A stretch of DNA of 64,000 nt from contig OX597820.1 in NCBI GenBank assembly GCA_951406725.2, positions 62,000,001 through 62,064,000 of the forward strand, given 5' to 3'. Under the pieces are notes generated by a model, which saw only the letters and a list, made by a program, of their open reading frames with translations, made no database searches and was not told the DNA's origin. Of this stretch, positions 14,609 through 28,678 are shown one piece after another. The number at the start of each line of letters is the position of its first letter. Within the stretch, counting starts at the first letter, position 1. The stretch comes from Octopus vulgaris. Its lineage: Eukaryota. Both the position numbers and the translations under genes were made by a program.

Positions 14609-14850
14609 CCTGTCTGTCTGTTTGCCTGTCTGTTTGTCTGTCTGTCTGTCTGTCTATTTGTCCTTATCTATCTATCTATCTATCTATCTATCTGTTTGTA
14701 TGTCTGACTGTCTGTCTTTCATTTAGTTATCGATATGCATAAGTGCATACATGCACACATAAAAAAATGTGTGTGCGTGCATATAAATATATATGTCTGT
14801 GTGTGTGTGTATATATACATATATATGTATGTATGTATGTATTTGTGTGC

Positions 14851-14886
<36 letters not shown>

Positions 14887-14900
14887 GTATGTATGTATGC

Positions 14901-14945
<45 letters not shown>

Positions 14946-15191
14946 AAAAACATATTTGTGTGCATTTATACATGATAGATCCATTCCGTATCACATGACT
15001 TCGGGCTCATAAGCACTGGGTGAAACCTTGGGTAAGTGTTATCTACTTTAGTCTCGGGTCGACCATGACCTTTTCAGTGGATTTGGTAGACGGAAATTGA
15101 AAGAAGCCCATCGTGTATACAAGGCTTTGGTCGACCCGAGGCTATAACAGAAGACACTTACCCAAGGTGTCACACAGTGCGTCCTACATAC

Positions 15192-15227
<36 letters not shown>

Positions 15228-15233
<6 letters not shown>

Positions 15234-15645
15234 AAAAAATGAAGTTCGAAAATGCTGCTGTATTATACAATTTTTAATTTTTATATATATACATTATAAC
15301 ATGTTTCAGTTCCTGAAATGAACTTTATCAAAAAAAGTTATATATAAAAAAAGACAGCTCATGCCGTCAAACACAAGAAATTCATTTATAATACACAACG
15401 GAGTCAGACATCTTAGAGTTCATGTATAGTTGATATATAGTTCATGTATAGTTGATATATAGTTTGAAGTATATGTTCAAAGTGTTCGATGCAGTGGCCC
15501 ACGGTGGCGATACGTATTCAATACAAAAAACAGATCAAAGTGGTGGAAAGCGGTCAATACAGAAGATTGATGTTTCCGAAAGAGCGAGGAATTCATTTTT
15601 ACCTTAAGCAAATGTGATGACCCATGGTGGATGTTCGCTGGGTAT
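15228..15645. mobile_element. (TA)n-flanked small repeat element, U3-A8 hammerhead family
   Basis: Starts TTTGTAAAAAATGAAGTTCGAAAATGC, homologous to 57590. Contains an internal 22-bp tandem duplication (AGTTCATGTATAGTTGATATAT). Confidence 0.55.
15293..15337 (-). ncRNA. Hammerhead-like motif with a U3-A8 core, stem I disrupted
   Basis: Reverse complement reads TTGATAA-AGTTC-ATTTCAG-GAACT-GAAA-CATG-TT. Same element family as the 57.6 kb copy; the stem II closing pair covaries (A-T versus G-C). Confidence 0.5.
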
Positions 15646-16548
15646 ATATATATATATAATGTGTGTGTGTGTGTTTGTGTGTGTGTATGTGCGTGTGTGT
15701 GTGTGTGTATAATATAATATATATGTTTCTATAGGTTATACATATATATGTGTGTACGTGTGTGTCTGTGTGATAGAAACTACCAGGCTTTAAAAAACCA
15801 CTGGGCTATTGCGCCTCCACCTAACTCAACTTATATATATATATATATATAAGTACATGTGTGTGTTAATGTGTGTGTTTGTGTGTGCTTTTGTGTGTGT
15901 ATGTGTGTCTTTGTGTATGGGTTTGTCTTCTATCACTGCTTTACAACGTGTGTTGGTTAGTTTACGTCCCTGTAATTTAGAGGTTCGGGAAGAGAGAACA
16001 ATGGAATAAGTATCGGGTTTAAAAAGATTAGCGCTGGTGCCGATTTTTTCGACTAACACTTCAAGGCAGAATCTGAACATGGCCGCTCCTCAATGACTGA
16101 AACAAGGAAAAGATAAAAGATAAGAGATATGTATGCATGCCTGTTGATTTTATTGCAGTTTACCACATGCCTGGTCAGGCTACCAGCACATTCATTACAA
16201 ATGTGTCCCGGAGGATATGGTCACAAAACTATCTCATAAGCTGCTCAATTTGTTATTTGTTATTCATGTGAGCTGAGGTGGTTGACTAATCCAGCAATTA
16301 AAAGAAAAATTCGTCACCACACATTGAACTTCAATTTCAACTAGATTTCAGCAGGTACTACACTTCAGTCCTGCTTGCGGAGTGAATGCTTCAAGCGGCA
16401 TGCTTCACTCGATTTTGTCCTCTTCGACATCTTATCTATTCTAGACAATCATTCTCTATGCTGCATGGTTATCAGTCAATGCTTCCCAGTTATTCACCTC
16501 TACGAAACTTTCACAACATCCTTAAATAGCTTCCTTCTTATTATACTA

Positions 16549-17272
<724 letters not shown>

Positions 17273-17289
17273 ATATATATATATATATC

Positions 17290-17590
17290 ACGTGACCGAC
17301 CAGGCTATCAGATGTTGCTACACATGACTGGCCACAATGCGCTTCGCATTGTTTTAGCCTTCAAATGACGCCACCCCGCTGGCTAATCGAGCAGGCCAAC
17401 TGAAGAAAGAGTGAGAGAAAGTTTTGGCGTAAGAGTACAACAGGGATCGCGCCACCAGCCCCTGCCAGATCCTCGTGGAGCTTTCGGTGTTTTCGCTCAA
17501 TAAACACTCACAACGCTCAATAAACATTCACGAAACCGCGATCCTACGACAGCAAGTACGCTTCCCTAACCACTGGTCCGTTGCGCCTCC
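17290..17590 (-). mobile_element. SINE family C (tRNA-derived)
   Basis: Reverse-complement head GGAGGCGCAACGGACCAGTGGTTAGGG...GGATCGCGGTTTCG. Shares AACTTTCTCTCACTCTTTCTTC with the 59.1 kb copy; flanked by TA. Confidence 0.75.
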
Positions 17591-19331
17591 ATATATATAT
17601 ATATATATATATATATTGTTTAAATCAACAAAATAGTACTCAATCCAGTGAAAGATAGATATCAAATTAAATATACAACCGAAAGAGCTACTTATAGTTT
17701 CATGCTACTATGATACTTGAACAGGCATATTTGTAAAATACGCAATGTAACTTAAAGCAATCTTCCAGGCTCTGTTTATGCGCTATAGATATTTTTAGAA
17801 ACAAGGACATTTGACAGTAAGAATATAAGAAAAACAAAACGTGAAAAAAACTTGAAAATATGCGTGTATGTATATATACATATGTATATGCATATATAAA
17901 CACATATATTTTCCAATTAATCGTATAATATATGTATCTGAATATGTACATGTGTATATGCATGTATTTTGTAGGCGAGTGACAAACTGTAAACAACATC
18001 TAACTATTGCTATATATGTGGTGTTGGTTGATAAATCAATGAAGGGATGTCCTCCAACATATATCACCATAAATGCTACATAAAACACGTACCGTCCTTC
18101 GATCTCGACGCCGACAAATCATCGTAAGATATTGACTATATAGAAAAAAAAAATGAATATTACAAATAAACATAAAGGAGTAAATTGTAGCACTTAACAA
18201 TTTTGTTTATGAGTGCGTTACACAATCACATACTAACTCACACGTACACTCACACACAAGCATATCCATACACACATACACAAACACACACGCACAAGCA
18301 AGCACGCACAAATACACAACAGACGTAGATTCTATTTTTTCACGAAAACCAGTTAAAGGTATAAGTACGTCATCAGTGTCATATATATATATTACTACCT
18401 CAGTCAATCTAAATGTATATATTTGTCACTACCTGTCATAAATAGCCTTTTTCTATTTGCAATATGGATATTCGTTGCATATTTGCAATATGCATATTCG
18501 TTGATTTTTCATATTTTACCCTTACATTTCCACGTGTATTTTATATTTTCTTTTCGTAACATATTTCTACTATATATATATAGTTTACTGTGATGGTAAG
18601 ATCAACAAAAAAGGACTCTATATCTAATTATTTAATGCACACAATATATGTTTTGATGTGCTAGTATTAATTGCATGTACTGAGAGCATGCCAGACGTTG
18701 TTTAATAACACGTTTCAATTCTCGGCACAATGGGAGAAGAAACGAAAACAGGCGAAAAGGGAGCACATAGAAAATGTGGAAGGTTGAAAAACCGGATAAT
18801 GAAAAAGTAATCAGACAGAAGCAAATGGAGAAAAGAGTTATCTCCCTTAGACCGTAAATTTTAAGGCTGAAAAAATAGAGGCATAGAGTTTATGGTACCG
18901 TTATTAACCAGGTAAAGGAGAAACTTCTTAATTCTTCAACAGGAACTTAAGCATATTCTTACAACCACTGAAAATTTCGGATCTGGAGTCCAGCAGTGAA
19001 TTGGAGATCTTAGATCTAAAAAGGATGTGAAATCTCTCAGTTAAGCACAGCTTACATTTTTCGATCCGTTAACATGTGATGTGAATTTTCCGATTATTTT
19101 CCACTTCATCGTACCTGTGTTGCGTTCGATTTCAAACTCCATACGTGGCGAGGCACCTTCGTAGGTTTGCTTTTGTCGCTATGTCGGAAGGAAGCTATGT
19201 GATTAGTACACCGATTCTAAAACTCTCCTTCACGTAGTCCGGTATAACTCTTTTTATCGTTTGTGTTATTATCTAGCGTTGCAGTGACTTCTGCCTCATA
19301 TATGACGGATTATATATATATATATATATAA

Positions 19332-19370
<39 letters not shown>

Positions 19371-19798
19371 ACGCGGAGTAGAGGAAACAGGGACAACTGA
19401 AGAAGGGGAATATTCCTTGTGTTGTATGTCTTGTACTCTGTTTTTTCGTTGTTGAAAAAAAACTTCGTTTCCATGTTTTTGTTTTTGCGTTTTCGTTTCT
19501 CATTTTGTTCAACGTTTTTGTGATGTCCTGTACCCATATATGCATGTATATATACATATAGATATAGGTATGTACATATATGTAAGTATATATGCATATA
19601 TATATACATATATAACCCCATTTGGTTAGCATGCTATGTGAAACTGATTTTTACCACAATAACGTTGTTGAGAAGCAACAATATATTGTAATGGTTGAAG
19701 GTACATTAAAGAAGTGGTGTTATGACCACAGCAATACCTTTAATTATATTGACATACAGACATCCACCACGACATCTGCAAGTAGTAACTTAGGACGT

Positions 19799-19837
<39 letters not shown>

Positions 19838-19883
19838 GTGTATATGTGTGTGTATACACATGTACGTGTTTGTGTATGCGTGC

Positions 19884-19917
<34 letters not shown>

Positions 19918-19969
19918 GCACATACATATACATCAGTACATACACACTAACAATATTTTACATATTTGT

Positions 19970-20216
19970 TATTTCTTTACTGCCCACAAGGGGCTACACA
20001 CAGAGGGAACAAACAAGGGCAGACAAACGGATTAAGTCGATTATATCGATCCCAATGCGTAACTGGTACTTATTTAATCGACCCCGAAAGGATGAAAGGC
20101 AAAATCGACCTGGGCGGAATTTGAACTCAGAACGTAGCGGCAGACGAAATACCGCTAAGCATTTCACCCGGCGTGCTAACGTTTCTGCCAGCTCGCCGCC
20201 TTAAGCTGGCTGCCTT
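19970..20216 (-). mobile_element. SINE family B (Tx1-like tail) with an 18-bp TSD
   Basis: Full unit bounded by the direct repeat AATATTTTACAT(A/G)TTTGT at 19952-19969 and 20217-20234. Confidence 0.88.
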
Positions 20217-20295
20217 AATATTTTACATGTTTGTGTGAAGGTGTGTGTTTGTGTGTTTGCGTGAAGGTGAGTGTGAGTGTGTGTGTGTGCGCGCA

Positions 20296-20329
<34 letters not shown>

Positions 20330-21142
20330 CATATGTGCATGCGTGTGTGTCCTTGTGTGTGCATGTGTGTGCGAGCATGGTCCCGCTTGTTACTTCAATA
20401 TCGAGGTTTTCACGCTCTGAATTTTGTACATCTGAAATCTATCCTCTGAGCCAATACATCGAAGCATCACATTTTAACTGAACTTGAGAGAAATGTCACG
20501 CCATAAAGTCTTGAAGAAGGATATATTGGATGATGTATATATTGGTGATGAGATAGACGGTGCCCAATGACAAAAAAAGGATCGATTGGAATAATTTTTA
20601 TCAAAAATCTGCTCGATTGAAGATTGAAGTGGGACGAAACAGTAACAGCAGGAAATACTACTCCTCCTTCTCCTCCTCTCAAACTTCATCATTGACATCA
20701 TCGATCCGTCATCAGAATCACCTATTTCATCAGAGCCTCTATTTCATTCTGACCTTCAAACTATGGTGTATTCCTCACCTCCATAACTATAACAAATATC
20801 ATCATTCTGATGACGACGACGACGACATCAACGACAAAGATTATGATGAAGATGATGATGAGGAGGAGGAGGAAGAGAAGGAGGAGGATAACCCAGTTCA
20901 AATAAATCAACCGTGACCATCATCAGTAACATCACTATCGTCACCATAACCATCAGCACCATAACGATGGTGCAGATGATGGACGATGATGAGGATGATG
21001 CTGCTGTTGATGGTGAATATGATCCAGACGATGATAATGATGATTGTGATAGTGATGAGGATCCTCCTCCTCCTATTCCTCCTCCTCATTATCAAAGTTT
21101 TCAGGAACATCATGGCCAACATAGTCATCAAATGCGCAAACG

Positions 21143-21174
<32 letters not shown>

Positions 21175-21319
21175 CATACACACGCACGCGCGCATACACA
21201 CACACACACACAGACACACAAACGGAACACGAACCAAGAAGCAACAGCAACAAAAGCAACTGCAATGTCAGCAGCAGCAACTTCACCATGATTAAAAACA
21301 AACGGTAGCAGCAATCACC

Positions 21320-21680
21320 ACAACTACCACCACCACCACCACCAACACCACCACCACCAACTACCACCACCACCACCACCACCACCACCACCACCACCAG
21401 TACTACCACCACCACCACCACCACCACCACAACCACCACAACTACTACCACCACCACTACCACCACCACCGCTACCACCACCAACAATACCACAACACAA
21501 CAACCACCACCATTACCACCACCACCACGACCACCAACATTACCACAACACAACTATAACTACCACCACCAGCAGCACCACCACCACCACCACCTCCACC
21601 ACCACAATTACCACTACCAATACCACCACAACTACCACCACCAATACCTCAAAACAACCACCACCACTACCACCACTGCT
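21320..21680. repeat. (CAC/CAA)n compound trinucleotide repeat
   Basis: Direct reading. Confidence 0.9.
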
Positions 21681-21756
21681 GAGAGAAAAAGGGAGACAGA
21701 GAAAGTGAAAGAACGAGATAGATAGAGATAGATAAAGAGATAGATAGATAGAGATG

Positions 21757-21825
<69 letters not shown>

Positions 21826-22011
21826 CATTAGGTTTGTTTATTGGCAAGCCTAGCTGAGCTAAAAATCTTTTATGTTTGTATTCAGAACGACATAAATCAG
21901 TTCAGAAATTTAGTTTTTATGTTTTAGACATTTGCTTAACTTATATGTTTTATTAATACATTTTTGTTTTAATTCAGTCACTAGTATTATATTTGGTGTT
22001 GTTGTTGATGA

Positions 22012-22080
<69 letters not shown>

Positions 22081-22085
22081 CATCG

Positions 22086-22152
<67 letters not shown>

Positions 22153-22163
22153 TATTATTATTA

Positions 22164-22230
<67 letters not shown>

Positions 22231-22298
22231 CATTATTATTATTATCATTATTATTATCATTATCATTATTATTATTATTATCATTATTATTATTATTA

Positions 22299-22330
<32 letters not shown>
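22012..22330. repeat. (ATT)n-(ATC)n-(ATT)n compound microsatellite
   Basis: Direct reading. Confidence 0.95.
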
Positions 22331-22602
22331 TTCTTCTGTTAGCCTAACATACATTGTTTGGTTTGTATCAGAATGGTAGCTAATGAGAAGGTGTTAAATA
22401 CCACCGACATCACACACACACACACGCACACACACGCACGCACGCACACGCATGCACGCACACGCCCGCACGCACAGACGCACACATACACACACACTAC
22501 AAATATTTATATAGACTGAAATACTTATGTGTAAATGAATTCATACTTACGTATATATACATATACATACACACACATACATACATACATATGCGTCTGA
22601 GT

Positions 22603-22679
<77 letters not shown>

Positions 22680-22773
22680 ATGTATATATAAATATAGATA
22701 GATACATGTGTATCTATATACATATATATATGCGTATACATTACACATATGTATATATAATGTATGTATGTAT

Positions 22774-22818
<45 letters not shown>

Positions 22819-23206
22819 AAAATACATATATTCGTGTGTGTGTGTATGTGTTTATAATGTGTGTGTATGTACTTCTGCAGTTTTGTGTGTCACGGTGTGC
22901 CTGTGTGTCTACATACATATACATATTAGCAAAAGAAAATTTTCTCTCTCGTCTTTATTCGACACATTAACAGGTTATGTTCGAAACGGGAATGCATAGT
23001 TCAGTATTAATGATATGCTTGAGAATTGACTTTGTATATATGAGAAAATGAATGTTACTGAATAATTTTGAGCATCCACATATAAACACAACCAGACACA
23101 TAACCAGACTTGTCTATTTATACATACATATCTTACACTCTTCTCTCTTTCAATCCATGCACATGTGTATGTACATATGCATTTACATAAGTTCTGTAGA
23201 CCTTCC

Positions 23207-23238
<32 letters not shown>

Positions 23239-23856
23239 ACTTCATATATGTATATATTTTTTTACTAAGATATATATGAGTATATTTTTCCAAAATCTTA
23301 TTCATGTATGCATATATTTTTGGTGCAAAGGATGAATTTTTGTACATAGGATAAGAAGACAAAAGAGAACACTCAAAATGAGAAATAGAGTTCTATTATT
23401 GTTTATTGGAAGCTGAAAATTTCCTGTTTCCTGTTTCCGATATTCAGAGGATAAAGGAGTTTAGAACAAAGTATAGCCTTGTTCTAACGTTCACTACATT
23501 CAGAAAATAGGTAGTGCGGTGAACCTCCGAGCAACGGTTAGTGAAGATTTCAGCCTTGAATAAGGTAATGAGCAAGTACAAACACGCATACGAACGCGCA
23601 CGGGGTATACGTATGTCATTATTAAGTTTATTTCAAGATTTCTTGCCAATCGAGAAAAAATCGGTTTCTAACCTTTATCCAAGGTTCCTTCATTGGAATT
23701 TCAACATCAACATCAGGTTATTTTTGTTTGTATGGATGTGCAGACTTGTATGTTTTATTTATGTATTCTCATGCATGCAGTTGTATATCTAGAGATTTTC
23801 AAACTTAAATGATAAATTCCAGATTTTTTCCAGTTCTAGTGATGTATATATATATA

Positions 23857-24682
23857 TTGGGTTGTCCGGAAAGTTCATGCCGTTTTATAGCAGCTTACCT
23901 TTCGACTTATTTTAGAATATGGTTGAGTCCATAAAATAGAATTTAACTACACCTCCATTTAGAGCACAGTTTAAGCTATCTTTTCGTAGAAGAAGGCTTC
24001 CGTCCCTATAACCTGTGTTAATTCTGTAGCCCTTTAAAATGGAAGATACGAAAGTTCATTTTCGGCGCTTGATGCTTTTCTTTTTCCGTAAAAGGAAAAA
24101 TGCCTCACAAACAACCAAAGAAATATGCGCAGTTTACGGTGAAGTTTCTTTATCAGAAAGAAATGTACGGAAGTGGTTCGCATGGATCCAAGAGCTTCTC
24201 CCAAGTAACCAGACAATTCTGAGAAATACTACAGACAACTGGATGAGTTAAAAGCAGCAATTCAAGAGAAACGTCCAGATTTGGCCAACAGGAAAGGTGT
24301 TGTTTTCCGGCATGATAATGCAAGACCGCACGTTTCTTTGGGAATCAGACAAATATTGTTGCAGCTCGGCTGGAATGTGTTACCCCACACTCCAATTCAC
24401 CAGATATTGCTCCTTCGGATTTCCACTTATTCAGGTCTCGGCAGAATAACCTTAATGGTAAAAATTTCAATTCCTTGGATGACGTTAAAAGATACTTTGA
24501 TGAATTCTTTGCCATGAAACCACGCCAATTCTGGGAAGAGGGGTTTTTCAAGTTAAAGGAAAGATGGAGACGCATAGTGCAACAAATTGGTTCCTATTTG
24601 GTTGATTAAAAATGTAATAGCAAGTATTTATTGACCTTTTTCTTTCTTTTAAAAATCGGCACAAACTTTCCGGACAACCCAA
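23857..24682 (+). mobile_element. Mariner DNA transposon (mellifera-subfamily-like), internally deleted, 826 bp
   Basis: 26-bp TIRs TTGGGTTGTCCGGAAAGTTCATGCCG / CGGCACAAACTTTCCGGACAACCCAA (2 mismatches) with TA flanks. Transposase pieces MEDTKVHFRRLMLFFFRK..., NRKGVVFRHDNARPH and SPDIAPSDFHLFRS. The central part, including the WVPHEL region, is deleted near 24190. Confidence 0.93.
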
Positions 24683-24696
24683 TATATATATATAGA

Positions 24697-24934
24697 TATA
24701 GGGTGAAAGATAATTAATTCAATAAAATCAACAAATTTCACCTAGTAGTTTTTCAGTATGGAAAAGGACCATATTCGGTAAAAACTTATACAAAAAGTTT
24801 TTTTTTATATATAATTATTACAATAAGGGTTTTGCAGCAAGTTGCTTGACCACATACCTAAAATTTTAGAAAATTTCTGCTATTTCTAAAATTTTCGGTA
24901 TGTGGTCAAGCAACTTGTTGCAAAATCCTCATTG

Positions 24935-24941
<7 letters not shown>
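24697..24941. mobile_element. (TA)n-flanked foldback element with a 53-bp hairpin
   Basis: Arms 24820-24872 and 24883-24935 (4 differences) with a 10-nt loop. Shares AGGGT..TTCACC.AGTA..CAGTATG.AAA.GGACCA and CCACATAC..TTAGAAA motifs with the 16.7 kb element. Confidence 0.7.
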
Positions 24942-24990
<49 letters not shown>

Positions 24991-25150
24991 CATATATATA
25001 TATTAGTCATAAGATACAGTGTACATTTAAACACATGAGGAATCCACTCATAGGATTCAACACGCTAGAAAGAACAGCTAAGTTCTATAACCACAAAAAT
25101 TAGGGAATTTTAATTCGACAGGAACAAATTGAAAAATAAAAACATCTAAT

Positions 25151-25237
25151 TTCCTGGACCAATTGGTTGCTGATTTTAGTTTAGCGAGTAAATGAATAAC
25201 ATATACACTCGCCAGGTGCAATCGTCTTCAGCAGGAA
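25151..25237 (-). ncRNA. Degenerate type I hammerhead ribozyme (GAAA changed to GCAA)
   Basis: Reverse complement reads TTCCTG-CTGAAGA-CGATT...AATCA-GCAA-CCAATTGG-TC^CAGGAA. Perfect 6-bp stem I, palindromic stem III, and an extra GCGAGT/ACTCGC hairpin in loop 2. Confidence 0.65.
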
Positions 25238-25334
25238 CACCTAGGGTTAAACGTATACACACGAGGCGATAACACCACGTGACCCTTGTTTATACATCCT
25301 TACTTTTTTAAAATCTACTGCGCAGCCGCAGTCC

Positions 25335-26466
25335 TTTGACAGCAATAAAAAATATTTAAATGATAAACTTCTGGAAAGTTTTACAGATTTTTACAGTTCC
25401 AGTGATGGATTGGATCTGTAAACTTTGAATTACCTTTCTCCTGTCTGGTTTTTAGAAGCCTAATTTCTCAAACTTGGTATTTAGGCAGTGTGTTACATAT
25501 CCCAAGGTCCCAATAATTACAGGTATAAACCTGAACTTGTAATCTGGATAGAGTAACTGCAGATTTCTCAATAGTTCAGCATAAGTGTTCTCTTTTTCAC
25601 TGATCTTCAGCTTTTTGTTAACATCCGTTGGGCAGCTAATTTCCACAACTGTACACAGTTTCTATTCTCATCTCAAATCCTTATATCAGGTCTGTTGTGC
25701 TTACTTTTTATTGAGGTCTTCACTAGTACATTCCTCCACTATCCCTTTTTATTATTAGTGGCTATGTCTTCTACCATATTGTGGTTTTTATCTCCTTGTC
25801 CTTGAGATTATCCTTCTGACGGATTTCCTTGTAGAGTGTCCTAGCTACAACGTCATGCCTCATCGGTAAATAACACCGTGTTGACATTTTCGGACAACTG
25901 CTTATGATGTGAGTGATATCTTCAGTGTGAACTTCACAAAGTCTGCATCGCTTATCACATTTTACAGCTTTTCCCGCATCTCTATCCATTTTGTGCATTA
26001 GGTATTTGGTTGATACTTTCTGTTCCTGGATTACAAACGCAGTGTGGCAGTAGTAATCCGACTATTCATCCATGATAAACTGCTTTGATGATCGATGTTA
26101 CTATCATCATGGAGCTTTCTACTAACATATCCATGCATAGTCTTTTGCTGATATAGGCTCATCTTTTCATCTGATGTTACGTTGCGGTAGAGTTGTGCGA
26201 CTTCTTTGGGCATGTATTCTAGGTTATCAGACACAGAGTGTTGCTCAAGGAATGCACTTCGACGCTTGGTCGTTAAAAGATGTTGCCGAAGGGACATTCA
26301 AAAGCATTTTGGATCGATGTTAAGACTCTGCCGCCTTGTTTACGTTTTAATTAGAGGCGGTTTACGTCACTGTTGATGTGGAAATTATGCGTGCATGTTA
26401 GTATTTTTCAGGTCCTCACACCAATGGCCCGGATTTCATCAAGCGTCCAATCAAGCAGCCCAAATG
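25335..26466 (-). mobile_element. R4/Dong-like (RLE) non-LTR retrotransposon, 3' fragment
   Basis: CRLCEVHTEDITHIISSCPKM...RHDVVAR (CCHC and RHD motif), a PD..EISCP restriction-like endonuclease region and FIPVIIGTLG; frameshifted. Confidence 0.85.
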
Positions 26467-26621
26467 TTTTATGTATGTATGTATGTATGCATGCATGCAT
26501 GTATGTATGTAAGTATGTATTTATGTATGTATGTATGTATTTATGTATGTATGTATGTATGTATGTATGTATGTATATATGCATGTATGTGTGTGTGTAT
26601 GTATGTGTATATATATATGTG

Positions 26622-26673
<52 letters not shown>

Positions 26674-26813
26674 CTTATAAAACAAGGGCATAAGAAAAAT
26701 TTCTAATGCCAAATATGTTGAAAATAGACAAATTGCCAATAACAATTATAAATAAACACTATTAACATGCGTCTCGAAACAAGCCGATAGAAATTATAAA
26801 AAAAATTCCGTTA

Positions 26814-26874
26814 TTATCGTATTGGTCCCAATTTCAGAGTTAATTCATAAGAATTTTCTCCTCGTCAACGATAA
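26814..26874 (-). ncRNA. Type I hammerhead ribozyme motif (C3U variant)
   Basis: Reverse complement reads TTATCG-TTGACGA-GGAG...CTCT-GAAA-TTGGGACCAA-TA^CGATAA. Perfect 6-bp stem I, stem III TTGG/CCAA, AUA triplet. Confidence 0.65.
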
Positions 26875-27057
26875 ATACGTAAGACATAAATGAAATACTT
26901 ACTCATACCCATGGAAAAAGCAAGCACTAAGTCATGAGCAGATCTAAGCACCCCAAATATATCCTAGACAGAAAATCTTCAGCACATCTCGAGACACGTG
27001 TGATTCGAATCAGAAACTTTCACATAGTGAGAGAATCCGGAAGTGAACACTATTAAA

Positions 27058-27246
27058 TTTAGTCGATCAAGTCGATCCCAGGACTTATTCTGTGTAAGCC
27101 TAGTACTTCTTCTATCGGTCTCTTTTGCCGAACCGCTAGCTTACGGCGACGTAAATACACCAGCATCGGTTGTCAAGTGATGTTGGGGGGACAAGCACAG
27201 ACACGCATGCACACACGCACACACGCACGCACACACAAACACACAC

Positions 27247-27282
<36 letters not shown>

Positions 27283-27472
27283 ACATATATGTATATATAC
27301 ACATAATACCAGTGGCTTCTTTCAGTTTCCGCCTACCAAATCCACTCACAAGGCTTTAGTCGACCCGAGGCTATAGTAGAAGATACTTGCCCAATGTGCC
27401 ACACAGTAGGACTGAACTCGGAACCATGTAGTCGGTAAGCCAGCTACTTACCGCACAGCCACTCCTGCACCT
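27058..27472 (-). mobile_element. SINE family A
   Basis: Full head (reverse complement AGGTGCAGGAGTGGCTGTGCGGTAAGTAGC) and an internal (CA)n tract. Confidence 0.85.
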
Positions 27473-27609
27473 ATGTATGTATAAACATATATACATATCC
27501 TAATATAAGGATGCATATATGCATTTACATACATGTAAACGTACGTACGTATATGCATATGTATATATGTGCGTGTGTGTACACATATATGTATATATAT
27601 ATATGTATA

Positions 27610-27642
<33 letters not shown>

Positions 27643-27684
27643 GTATGGCCTATTGAAGCCGTTCCTCAATTGTTGTTGTATATA

Positions 27685-27734
<50 letters not shown>

Positions 27735-28260
27735 CGTCTGTTCGTATATGTGAGCACGTGAGCTTGTGTATGATAGAACTAAGACATAATTGAGATTCTG
27801 TACCAATTCAAACCCGGCATACACATAAACATATCTTTTATGGTTATATTCATACACACATATGCACCAGACACATAACCCCCCCACACACACACACACA
27901 CATATGCGTACGCACACCACCACAGTCACTCTCACACGCACACGGCACCAGTCCGCCTGTTTAGACGTCAGTTTAGATTAGTTAAACAAAATTACATTAA
28001 AATTGGGATTTTATTTTGATAACCTGATCACTTCCTACCATTCTCATCTTTACATTTTTACATTTCCAAACTTACATACTTCCCTTTTATTTAATGTCTT
28101 TCCTTTACACTTAACACAGCCACAAAATATTGTATTTATGTAGTTTTGTTCACTTCAGTAATATATTTCTCTTTGATTTTCTACTTTTTGAATTTCTATG
28201 CTGTTCCACCATATATTTCCCTCCTTTAACTCGTCTGTCTGTCCGTCCTTCCATCCACCC

Positions 28261-28335
<75 letters not shown>

Positions 28336-28338
<3 letters not shown>

Positions 28339-28597
28339 TTTTCCTCTCCCCCTTTTTTCCTCTTTTTTCCCTTTTTCTTTTTTTCTTTTCCTTTTTATCC
28401 TTTTCTTCCCTTTTTTCTTTTTTTCTTTTTTCTTTTCCTTTTTTCTTTCTTTTTTTCTTTTTTTTGTTCTTTTTTCCCTTTTACGATCCCTTTTGATCGA
28501 AAACCTACGCCACCTTTTTTTTTTCTCCCCCAAAAGAAAAGCTCTACCTTGTAACTTGTCCCATCTGTGTGCAGCCCTGTGTGGCCAATAAAGAAAC

Positions 28598-28598
<1 letters not shown>
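28336..28598 (+). mobile_element. Tx1-like LINE, 3'UTR-only copy (about 0.26 kb) in a (TATC)n array
   Basis: Contains TTTACGATCCCTTTTGATCGAAA...GAAAAGCTCTACCTTGTAA...GCAGCCCTGTGTGGCCAATAAAGAAAC, the same 3' end as the other copies, with TATC on both sides. Confidence 0.88.

Positions 28599-28675
<77 letters not shown>

Positions 28676-28678
<3 letters not shown>

Larger units (their letters stand above)
14985..16125 (+). mobile_element. SINE family A split by nested insertions
   Basis: 5' half at 14985-15115 and 3' half at 15900-16125. Between them lie an inverted SINE A fragment (15119-15180), the hammerhead element and a SINE C head fragment. Confidence 0.65.

Noticed and set aside
20560-21308. 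Acidic and His/Pro-rich ORFs resembling low-complexity proteins
   Set aside because: They are built from GAT/GAG/CAC/CA repeats with no splice structure or domain.
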